From Octopus bimaculoides (Eukaryota): a stretch of DNA of 64,000 bases. The DNA is taken from contig NC_068982.1 in assembly GCF_001194135.2 (NCBI RefSeq), positions 75,019,000-75,082,999 on the forward strand, written 5' to 3'. Below are positions 39,462 to 51,399 of this stretch, piece after piece; position 1 is the stretch's first letter; each line of letters opens with the position of its first letter. Both the position numbers and the translations under genes were made by a program. A model generated the notes under the pieces. That model was not told where the DNA came from and did not search any database. It saw nothing but the letters and a program-made list of their open reading frames with translations.

Positions 39462-40737
39462 TATACATACATATATATCATCATCATCATCATCGTTTAA
39501 CGTCCGCTCTCCATGCTGGCATGGGTTGGACAATTTGACTGAGGACTGGTGAACCAGGTGGCTACACCAGGTTCCAATCTGATTTGGCAGAGTTTCTACA
39601 GCTGGATGACCTTCCTAACGCCAAACACTCCATGAGTGTAGTGGGTGCTTTTACATGCCACCAGCACGAAGGCCAGTCAGGCGGTACTGGCAACAGCCAC
39701 ACTCAAAATGGTGTCTTTTACGTGCCACCTGCACGGGAGCCAGTCCAGCGGCAGTGGCAACGATCTCGCTCGAATGTCCTTACACGTGCCAGGGTACAGG
39801 TGCCATCACGATTTCGCTTTCGCTTGCCTCAACAGGTCTTTACAAGCTGAGTTTCTGTGTCCAATGAGGGAGACGACATTGGCATGGGTGCCATCCGTCG
39901 AAATTAGTTCGATTTCACTTGCCTCAACAGGTCTTCGCAAGTGGAGTTTAGTGTCAAATGTAGGAAGGTACACATCCTGGCAGAAGCCTTGAATTTAGGT
40001 CTCACTTGGCTTGCCGGGTCTTCTCACGCACATATATATACATATATTATATAAATATATATAGTATATAAATATGTATATACACACACACACACACACA
40101 CACTCACTCAAATGGCATTTGTATACAACTATTGAGTNNNNNNNNNNNNNNNNNNNNNNNNNNNNNNNNNNNNNNNNNNNNNNNNNNNNNNNNNNNNNNN
40201 NNNNNNNNNNNNNNNNNNNNNNNNNNNNNNNNNNNNNNNNNNNNNNNNNNNNNNNNNNNNNNNNNNNNNNNNNNNNNNNNNNNNNNNNNNNNNNNNNNNN
40301 NNNNNNNNNNNNNNNNNNNNNNNNNNNNNNNNNNNNNNNNNNNNNNNNNNNNNNNNNNNNNNNNNNNNNNNNNNNNNNNNNNNNNNNNNNNNNNNNNNNN
40401 NNNNNNNNNNNNNNNNNNNNNNNNNNNNNNNNNNNNNNNNNNNNNNNNNNNNNNNNNNNNNNNNNNNNNNNNNNNNNNNNNNNNNNNNNNNNNNNNNNNN
40501 NNNNNNNNNNNNNNNNNNNNNNNNNNNNNNNNNNNNNNNNNNNNNNNNNNNNNNNNNNNNNNNNNNNNNNNNNNNNNNNNNNNNNNNNNNNNNNNNNNNN
40601 NNNNNNNNNNNNNNNNNNNNNNNNNNNNNNNNNNNNNNNNNNNNNNNNNNNNNNNNNNNNNNNNNNNNNNNNNNNNNNNNNNNNNNNNNNNNNNNNNNNN
40701 NNNNNNNNNNACATACATATACATACATACATATACT

Positions 40738-40769
<32 letters not shown>

Positions 40770-40776
40770 CATACAT

Positions 40777-40851
<75 letters not shown>

Positions 40852-43699
40852 CATATACATACATATATATATACATATACATACACACACACACACACAC
40901 TCACTCAAATGGCATTTGTATACAACTATTGAGTAAATAGAGGCCACAGACGTTAACAGCCACACCTTTGTCACATTAATCCTGAACAAAAGAATTCAAG
41001 CGTTTGATCCAGAATGATGACAATAAAATTTTCCATTGACTATCGCACATTCACACACACCCGCACATATTCATGCCTGCATGTATGTATGTGTCGTGGC
41101 TATGCAGTTGAGACGCTTGCTTGTCATATGGCTTCATGTTCTGCTGCACTATGTGGCACTGGACGTAAAGACCGTGGACTTCACCCACTTTCATTATTTT
41201 TGTTTGGCTTTTTTTACAGAATCAAGTACAGAGATTCTGATTCTGCAAAACAAAAAAAAAAGCAGCATTTTAAAATTTTAATTTCCACCCTTAATTTTCC
41301 AATTTTCACTTTTTAAGAAATTTTTTTGTTTTGCAAATCCTTTTTGCTGCAGGTCCGGACCAAGCAAAATCTTCTGAGAAAAACCTGTCATGTATGTGTG
41401 TGTGTGTGTGCATGTGTGTGCATGTGTGTGTGTGTGTGTATGAGAGAGAGAATGTGTACGTGTGTGCACACGTATGTGCATGTACATGTGTGTGTATGTG
41501 TGTGTTTATGTTCGTCCTCTCACTACCAGTGTATTCACATCCCTGGGAACCAAGCAGTGCAATGAAACAGACCTATAGAATAAATACCAGATTTGAAAAC
41601 TAAATACTAGGGTCAATCTGTTCAATGAAAAACCTTCAAGGCAGTGCCCCAGCATGGCCACAGTTGAGGGACTGAAACAAGTTGACAGTAACTCGAAGTT
41701 TCGGTTTCCTTGCCTTCAATCAAACTGCAGGTGGCACATAAAATACACCATTTTGAGCATGGCCGTTGCCAGTACCGCCTGACTGGCCTTCGTGCCGGTG
41801 ACACGTAAGAGCACCCGCTACACTCTTGGAATGGTTGGCATTAGGAAGGGCATCCAGCTGTAGAAACTCCACCAAATCAAATTGGAGCCTGGTGTAGCCA
41901 TCTGGTTCACCAGTCCTCAGTCAAATCGTCCAACCCATGCTAGCATGGAAAGCGGACATTAAATGATGATGATGATGATTAACCAATGTAGTGGAAACAT
42001 TTGTAGATCAATACTAAGCTGTATTTAAATCAAANNNNNNNNNNNNNNNNNNNNNNNNNNNNNNNNNNNNNNNNNNNNNNNNNNNNNNNNNNNNNNNNNN
42101 NNNNNNNNNNNNNNNNNNNNNNNNNNNNNNNNNNNNNNNNNNNNNNNNNNNNNNNNNNNNNNNNNNNNNNNNNNNNNNNNNNNNNNNNNNNNNNNNNNNN
42201 NNNNNNNNNNNNNNNNNNNNNNNNNNNNNNNNNNNNNNNNNNNNNNNNNNNNNNNNNNNNNNNNNNNNNNNNNNNNNNNNNNNNNNNNNNNNNNNNNNNN
42301 NNNNNNNNNNNNNNNNNNNNNNNNNNNNNNNNNNNNNNNNNNNNNNNNNNNNNNNNNNNNNNNNNNNNNNNNNNNNNNNNNNNNNNNNNNNNNNNNNNNN
42401 NNNNNNNNNNNNNNNNNNNNNNNNNNNNNNNNNNNNNNNNNNNNNNNNNNNNNNNNNNNNNNNNNNNNNNNNNNNNNNNNNNNNNNNNNNNNNNNNNNNN
42501 NNNNNNNNNNNNNNNNNNNNNNNNNNNNNNNNNNNNNNNNNNNNNNNNNNNNNNNNNNNNAGCTGTGTGTGTAACAGCTTATCATTAGTGGCCAAAGTTG
42601 TTACAATTTCACTTTATACTAAGATGGAGATACCTACAAAGATATCAACGTCTGAAGAATACAAGGGCATAGCTGTGTGGTAAGAAGCTTGCTTCTCAAC
42701 CACATGGTTCAGTCCCACTGTGTAGTACATTGGGCAAGTGTCTTCTACTATAGCCTCGGGCCGACCAAAGTCTTGTGAGTGGATTTGGTAGACGGAAACT
42801 GAAAAAAACCCATTGCGTGTTTGTGTGTGTGTATGCACCCCACCAACCTCTGACAACCTGGAGTTGTGTGTTTACATTTCTGTAACTTAGCGATTCAGTA
42901 AAAGCAAACAATAGAATAAGTACTAGGCTTAAAAGAAAAGTACTAAGGTCTATTTCTTCGACTAAATATTCTTCAAGGCGATGCCCCAGCATAGACGCAA
43001 TCCAAAGTCTGAAACAAGTAAAAGATTTTTTAAAATTCGAGTATATATTGACCCGATCTTCTATTATATTTCTGTGGAGATATATGTAACAGCAGAAGAC
43101 AACTGAAAATAGCTCTACACTCAAAGTTGTCAAGGGAATTAACTAAATCTAATGCGTTTCGCTTTGACATAGCAGAGCCACTTTGAGTTTTCTCCCTTAC
43201 ACTTTAACTACCTGTGTAACTTTGTCTAAACACTAAGTTTTAAAATTAAATAGCATACTTATGATCCAATCTTACGACTCAAGACATTCCGATCGAGCCA
43301 ATGCCAGATTGAAAAAAAAATTCTTTTTTTTTGCTTCTTGTTGTAGGCAACATTATCTGATGTATTTTTCGTTTTTAAGCCAGATGTGTATAATTTGATA
43401 GAGAAAGTAATCTTCAAGTGTTTTAAGTGAAATCATTTTGCTATATCTATCTTACATGGCCAAGCTAAACGCTTGACTCAAATCTACTGCTGTTGTTTAG
43501 CCCCAGGTCCGTCCTGTTTGACCAGATATACAATCAAAGGCGTTCCAGCTATGACTTTTTCAGTGTGTGTGTGGGGGGGGAGTAAGAAGCTTGCTTCCCA
43601 GCCACTGCATGGCATCTTGAGCAAGTGTCTTCTAGTATAGCCTCAAGCCAACCAAAGCCTTGTGAGTGAATTTTGTAGATGGAAACTGAATGAAGCTCG

Positions 43700-43770
<71 letters not shown>

Positions 43771-45430
43771 ATGTCTATGTTTGTGTGTCTTTGTGCCTAT
43801 GTTTCCCACCATCACCACTGCTCGACAACTGGTGCTGGTGTGTCCCTGTAACTTACCAATTCAACAAAAGGAACCAACAAAATGAGAACCAGGCTTTAAA
43901 AAAGTAGGTACTGAGGTCAATAGATTTGACTAATAATTCTTCAAGGCAGTATCCTGCAGGGCCACAGTCTAATGATTGAAACAAGTAAAAGTTAATAGAT
44001 AAAAGAATGCCAATGTGAAAAGTGGACATTAAATGATGATGTATATCCATGACTACATTATCAAATACACTTTTTTTATATTTTAACCCTTTGTGATCTT
44101 TGTCACTTATATACTATAGAAACCAGGTAACCTGGCATATGTGGCCTAGGGTTCAAGAAAAATTTTTTAAAATAAAAAACAGTAGTCAGCCATCACAAAT
44201 AAGTATGGTTTGATGGCCTGTTCCATGTTGTTCTTACTTATTTTAAGTCGCTATATAGTTGCAAACAGACAGATATTTCTCAGCTCTCATCACCACTGAT
44301 TCAGAGGTGTGACAGCTGAAGGGAGAGAGGGCTGCACTAGCACTTGGTTGGTACCTGTTCAGCTGAGTAAACAAGTAATAAAGTGTCTTACTCATGGACA
44401 CACTGTCACCTAACCCAGGAACTGAATGTGATCTTATTATTATGAACCAAAGACTTCAACCATTAAGCCATGCACCTTCACTTGGATAACATTTGTAAAT
44501 GTTCATACCTACAACAATACAATTTTGTACATCTCTTCATTGAGCCTCCCATCACTACTTCAACAAAGCCAGTAAAGTACAATGGTATCTATCCTTTACT
44601 GAGGAAGTTCAATAATACCAGAACATGTTTAGAGTTTTCTTCCATACTTCACTAAATTATTAAAATAATATTAGTCAATGTTGTCTTTTTCTTAATGCAT
44701 AAATATTTCTAATTAGATCTTTTAGGCTCAGTGCACATTTATCTCTAATTAGTGCATACATAGAACACAGGATAAAACACAAGACAGAAAACTGAACAGT
44801 AAAAGAGCCATAAAGAAGAAAGGATACATGGGCACATTAGGAAATGTGCTGGTGAATTTTAGGAAGCATGGAATTTTTGAAGGATGCGGTATCCTGACAA
44901 CTGATGTTGGTAGTTTATTCCATGCTCCAACAATTCTGAGCATGAAAAAATTTTCCAAAAGTCATGGGCGCTTAGATAAAACCCATGCTTTGATAAACAT
45001 GTCACAAACTGGTGCAAGGAATTGACAAGCCCCAATTACAGTGAAATGCATCTGGTGTTCTCATGAGCTACCTACTTTCTGCAATGATGTTCACATCACT
45101 CTGTTATAATGTGTTTTTAACACAACGTATCTATGAAAAGATTTTCTCACACAAATACCATAGCATCAAGCCTTTCAATGGTTTACATTTACATTTAGTA
45201 TGATACACAGAAGGTGACTTGTGAGTTAACTACACAACCATTATATCCCTGAAAACTTGGTTTCTGGATTCACTTGTGCTACCATCAGTTATATTTGATG
45301 AGTTAAAACAGTCTGTGTTACATACCACAATATAAACAAGACATTACAAGTGAGCCTGTATTGAGTAAACTTTTAAAATGTACAAATATTAACAACGTTA
45401 TTTCAAGAAGCAAAGCAATTATTGTCTTAC

Positions 45431-45535
45431 TTGTGAATTAGACAGTCCTAATGCTGGTGCAGATTGGCGGCGTTTTGAGCTCTTTTGAAATATCCGTGAA
45501 GAACCAGAGGGCTGTCTTGGTGGAATGAGCTGACT
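45431..45535 (-). CDS. Candidate internal coding exon of an unidentified protein, with an RRQS(AP) basic phosphomotif
   Basis: Strong acceptor tttttctgttctttccag and donor GTAAGA. 105 bp, phase 0/0, only one frame open: SQLIPPRQPSGSSRIFQKSSKRRQSAPALGLSNSQ. GC content is higher than the flanks. Confidence 0.7.
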
Positions 45536-45649
45536 CTGGAAAGAACAGAAAAATGATACCATTAAATGGGGAATTTTAAGAAAAACTTTATTTAAACATT
45601 TAATAAGAATATATAATTATATATTTTATTTATGTGCCCTTTTAAAGCC

Positions 45650-45940
45650 TAGCCAGGCTCATGGGCCCGGTTTCCCGGTTTCTATGGCGTATGTGTTCCC
45701 CCCTCCCCCCAGCTGGACGGGACGCCAGTCCATCGCAGCTTTACTCAAGAAGCAGGAAGAAAGAGGAGAGAAAGTTGGGGCGAAAGAGTACAACAGGGGT
45801 CGCCCCCACCCCCTGCCAGAGCCTCGTGTAGCTTTAGGTGTTTTCGCTCAATAAACATACACAACGCCCAGTCTGGGAATCGAAACCGCGGTCCTCAGAC
45901 CACGTGTCCGCTGCCCTAACCACTAGGCCATTGTGGCTCC
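45650..45940 (-). mobile_element. tRNA SINE with the 37232-type head and a V-domain-like tail
   Basis: Head matches the 26611/37232 family. The tail contains gatggactggcgtcccgtccagctgg and differs from that family. Confidence 0.7.
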
Positions 45941-46944
45941 AAATATAATTATATAATTATGACAAATTTCTGTAGAATAACTTTTATATTATATGCACAC
46001 ACACACACACACATGCACAGGTATGACTAAGGTGCATATGTAGCTCTGTGTAGTCAAGAAGCTTGCTTCCTAACCATAAAGTTTCAGGGCAAGTGTCTTC
46101 TATTATAACCCAGGGTCAACCAAAGCCTTGTGAGTGGATTTAGTAGGCAAAAACTGAAAATTGTAAATGTATGTGTGTGTGTGTGTATTCCCTTGTTTTG
46201 ACATCATGTGGTGGTTGTAAACAAGCATCCCTATGGGGAAATATTATGTTGCTTAGAAATAGGTGAGGGTTGGCAACAGGAAGGGCATCCAGTTGTAGAA
46301 CATCTTCCTCAATGAATTCATCTGATACATTCAATGTAGACATGATCATGATGATAATGATGATGATGATGATGATGGCCAATGTTTTTGCTACTGAATA
46401 TAATTGCAATTGCTTTTTCACTGAGTGGCTGAAATGAGATGATTTTTCTCATTTCTGAACTGCATGTGTAAGATGATCAAGTGACTGAGCTTCAGAAAGT
46501 AATGAACTGAGAGGAATTTGTAATCAAAATACAACAGCGTCTTTAGCAAAGGTACTGATTACAATGCTATCTTGGTTAAAGAGAGGTGATGAGGATGACT
46601 GTACAAAGTTTGTAGATATCCTCTCGAAAAGGGATCTGAAAGCTTAACTGCAAAAAGGAAGGCATGAGATATTGTTGGCTATGTGTTGCTCAAAAGCATA
46701 TTTTACTCTCCTGATCAACTTAACACAGTTAAAATAACCACCAGGTAAGCAGGCATTCACAAGAAGGTGAATGCCTAGAATGATGATGAAGAATTATTGA
46801 GAGTGAAGCACCTCTGAATTACTCTTAAACATTCAAATGGTTGCTTTCATATTTAAACAAAACCAATTGCTCTTCTCCACCACCATCACTCATGTATGGT
46901 CTCCAATCATTCTCCTACAGAGTTTAAGTTAAAGTTTAATTATA

Positions 46945-47254
46945 CAGTTCTATATTTAAGAGATGAGGAATTATTTACATTATTTACATTATCTACATGG
47001 GCATATGGCGTAGTGGTTAAGAGCGCGGGCTACTAACCCCAAGGTTCCGAGTTCGATTCACGGCAGCGACCTGATTAATAATAATAATAATATAATAATA
47101 ATAATAATAATAATAGTAACATCGATAGGAATGAGAACCCAGGTTCGAAATTTCCCCAAGACACCTGACGAAGGCTGGAGGGTATATCAGCCGAAACGTT
47201 GTGTTAACAACAAACAAGATGAGGACGAATATCCGTCAAATGTAGATAATGTAA
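46945..47254 (+). mobile_element. tRNA-headed SINE with hammerhead tail, 5' inverted tail segment and 11-13 bp TSD
   Basis: TSD (aa)gtttaattata at 46932-46944 and 47253-47265. Head starts at 46999 (A box tggcgtagtgg, B box gagttcgattc). 46984-46998 is the exact reverse complement of 47240-47254. Confidence 0.8.
47160..47205 (+). ncRNA. Minimal type I hammerhead ribozyme
   Basis: gacac CTGACGA a ggctg-gagggtatat-cagcc GAAA cg tt gtgtt. Stem I is 5 bp, stem II is 5 bp, stem III is the palindromic ACGU, and the catalytic core nucleotides are present. Confidence 0.75.
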
Positions 47255-50200
47255 GTTTAATTATATCAATGTAACCAGGTTGCAGGCTCCACACTGCATG
47301 CTTCCTCAGACTAAAAAAATAATTAATGGTTTCAAAATTTCACAGAAGGCCAGCAATTTTGTGGGGAGCCAGTAAGTTGATCACACTGATGCCAGTATTT
47401 GATCCCAGTATCTGACTGGTATTTTATTTTATTAGCCCCAAAACAATTAAAGACAATGTCAACTTTTTGGTGGAATTTAAACTCAGAATGTAAAGAGTTA
47501 AGAAATGCAACTAGGTATTTTATTCAACATGCTGCCAGCCTGCTTCCTGAGCTAAGGAATATTTAATAAAAACAAAAGATGCTTCTAATTAAGAAAGTAT
47601 CAGTTTATCTTGCAGAAAGTTATTCCAGAGATAATCAAAGTTGCAATAATGTAAGTAAAATGGGAAAAAAAACCCACGCATGTATCATTTGGATGGATAA
47701 ACAGGATCTGATGAGTTAGAGGACTGTTTCATGCTCCAATGTCTGCCTTGACATGGTTTCTATAGCTTGCTACTTTTCCTAACACCAACCACTTTATAAA
47801 GTGAGAGAGTACTGGGTACTTTGAGCAATTCACACTAGAAAGTGCTGTGGCCTAGAGGTTAGGGTGTTGCATTCACAATCATAAAATCATGGTTTCAATT
47901 CCTGCACTGAACAGTGCATTGTTTTCTAGAGCAAAACACTTCATTTCATGTTGCTCCAGTCTATTCAGTTGTAAATGAGTTTCAGCAACAACTGGAGGGC
48001 TAACCTCATGACAGACTGACATCCCATTCAGGAGTGTTTTAGTCTCAGTCACGTATATGCCACTGAAACCAAGCCTTTATGAGTTCTGGGGTTCACAACA
48101 GACCTAAGACTAAGTTCCCAATAGTTGAAAGTATGCTGTTATTAAATCTCTAATCTAATGTCTGTTTCCATGTTAAAATTCTTTGAAAGGAATCTGCAAA
48201 GGGATAAGTATCTTGCAAAAGATTTTCTCTTGTAAAATCCCTACTCAAGTCCTCCTAATCCCTACTCAAGTCCTCCTAATCCCTACTCAACTCCATTGTA
48301 TGTTCTATTCCCTAATACCCACTTTTTCATCCATTTAACAGCTCATTGATTCTCATTACATATTGATGCTATATCTACTGTTTATATCACTTACATCTAT
48401 TGACACTGTTTATCATCATCATCATCTTTCAACATTCATCTTCCATATTGGCATGGGTTAGAGCTTCATGCTCTGTCTACTTCAGCATGGTTTCTAAGGC
48501 TGGGTGCCCTTTCTCATGCCAGCCACTTTATAATGTATACTGGGTGCATTTTTCAAGGCCCCGACACTAGTAAAGATTACCTGGTAACTTGCAAGGTTAA
48601 AAGCTCAAAGTGGCCAGTATAATCAAAGGAGAAGAGAGAAGGTGCAATAATTCTTGGAAGGGAGATAAGTGAAGATAGAGTTATAGTTATGATCGGATGG
48701 TCGTGGAGACAGAAACAGAGTAATAGTGTAGTTAACGTTAGTTCGTCCATTGAAGTTCTTATAATCTTTCCTGCAGATCGAGCTCAGTTATTTCTGCTGT
48801 ACAGTATAATGCACATGACCCGTGCACAGTATAGTTTCAGCTTTGATCTTCCAATCTATACAGAGACAATATCAACACAGACATAAGCGTCTTCAACCCC
48901 CTTTCACTAAGGCCTCTGGCAGTTAATCATACATCTGTACATGCATGCACAAGCCTAGAGAATTAAAAAAAAAATTTTTTATGGAAGATTGACTACTGAC
49001 CACTCATACAAGTCTCCTCTCAATATATCACTGACGTTATTCAAGTCAAAGATCGCCTACGTGGGCCACTACAGTTTGGCACTAGGAAATGGTTACAGGT
49101 ATTGTTGTCAGGTGCCGGATGAGATAACACAAGGCACTTTGCCCACCTATTTTTGCATTAATTCCAAAAGATGACAGGCGAAGTCAACTTCGGCAAGATT
49201 CTTGGAGCACAAAGAAGCAAAACAAATACCACTAGGTATTCTATCCGACGTTCTGACAACTCAGCCAATTCACTATGTTTTTTAAGTTGTAAACAGAGTT
49301 TTGTACCGAAAAGCCCAATATGCTCTCACATACAACACCGCTGGCATTAATATGATTACGTAGGCAGCAAAACTGACATACTTTATTATAATTCAGAACC
49401 AGAAAATACAGTTCAAAACTGCCCTAACAACATTTGACGTGAATAATTTAATCTTCCTACGAAGCGAATGTATTAAACAATAATATCATCGTTAAATACA
49501 CTCACTGACTTCGGATTTCAAATACTACAAGTCATAATTAGAGAAAGGTCAAGGTCACTATGATGCAGGTAATGAAACAAGAAATTTAAAATAAAAAGTA
49601 ATTAAAAATAAAACAGAAATAAGCCCGTGTAATTTAAGGCGTATAAATCTAGTCAACTTGAGTCGTTTCAATTACCTCTTTTAGGTTTTGACCTTGACTA
49701 GGATTAATCAATTGATGTTAGCGTTATCATCTTAACAATCACCACCACCACCTTCAACATCATCAACAACAGCTCAATAAATTTTCAATATCCATTTATT
49801 TCACTTGACGAAAGATAAATTAATTCTTGTTTTTTTTTTTTTACTACCAGCTAAACTAAACTAATAGACCTATGTATAGATTCTCGTTGGCTGATTTCAC
49901 AGACATTCTAATTAACACTGCAGTAATAACCAAGGATAGGACCATTAATCACATTGTTTATATTTATTTCAGGCATTACCGGTAAAAAAATATAACAAAT
50001 TCTAATCATTTTCACGGCTGTTTCCATCCTATAGATGACGAAAATATATATAAAAGTTTATGTCTAAATAACGAATTACTGAATTAAAAAAAAAAACAAT
50101 AAATTTTTAAAAAACTATAGACATAATCCCACCTTGCAGAAAGAAAAAAGAGAAAAAGGAAAGAGGTTCGACGTATTTACCAAGACCTTAGTTGACTTAA

Positions 50201-50639
50201 AGAAAGAAGGAAAATTTTAAACCAAAATTTATTTTTGAAGTTGAGAGATCTAAGATGTAGGGGAAATAACTCAAACTACACTAAACTATTACTATAGGAT
50301 ATTTTTGCTAAAAGATTAGTGAGAGGAGGAACAGAAAACCGTGTCGGCTTCGTTGTATTTTTTTCTAAGATTGTTAGTGGGAAAAGGGGCGAAGGAAACA
50401 CGAATCTTAGCTTATCCTCAGGACAAAAACCTGCAACTGAATGGGCTCTGCTAAAAACAGTCAAGCACCAAATGGTGATGACAAATTTGGTAGAGACAAT
50501 TTAATGAACCACCATAGATAGCTGCTGCTGTTTTACTAGAAACAACATGGCACCTTGGGCAAGTGTCTTCTACTTTAGCCCCGGGCCAACCAAAGCTTTG
50601 TGAGTGGATTTGGAAGACGGAAATTGAAAGAAGCCCGTC

Positions 50640-50705
<66 letters not shown>

Positions 50706-51399
50706 GTAGTAGTATACATATCTATTTCACAACTGCTTGAATCAAATTTCATGTTACACGTACACACAGACACACACACACGTGTATTTTGACACCTCTC
50801 TATCAAAATTCCGTTGACTATGTATATAAACCACAAACCTACCCAAACTACTAAATAAACTTCAAATAATCACAGCAATTAACAGAAATCATTTAGAAAG
50901 ACAACAGTTGTGATTTAATTAACTATTATAATCGGTTTCTGTATAAATACCACATTCTTTCACCAGTTGTGCATATATCTACAACAAAGAACTATTGCAA
51001 TCGTGGGCAAACTGCAGCGCATAAAACTTTCCGAATGGCATCTGTCATTAAAAATTACCCTAATTCTTTTAGTAGTGAGGTCCATCTGATGATGAGCCAG
51101 CTCACATGCAGCCCACTTCTCAGAATAGGTTATCCGGGCTTGATCTATTGCAATACATAATAGTTTCAAATTTTGGCATAGGGCCATCAGTTTTTTTGAA
51201 TGGTACTTACTTCATCAACCCCAAAAGGGTGAAAGGTAGAGTCAACCTTGGCTGTGTGGTAAAAGGTTCGCTTCTAAACCACATAATTCTGGGTTCAGTC
51301 CCATTGTGTGGAACTATGGGCAAATGTTTTTTGCTATAGCCCTGAGTCAACCAAAATCTTGTGAGTGAATTTGGTTGATGGAAATTGAAAGAAACGTAC

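Noticed and set aside
40085-40934. Tandem duplication of cactcactcaaatggcatttgtatacaactattgagt on both sides of a gap
   Set aside because: Most likely overlapping contig ends or allelic microsatellite variants left unmerged.
44508-44650. Apparent minus-strand exon with GTATGA donor
   Set aside because: All frames are closed; the residual peptide looks like a decayed LINE C-terminus.
46999-47072. tRNA gene (Ser-like ACT loop)
   Set aside because: The acceptor stem is poor and it runs into a SINE body inside a TSD; it is a SINE head.
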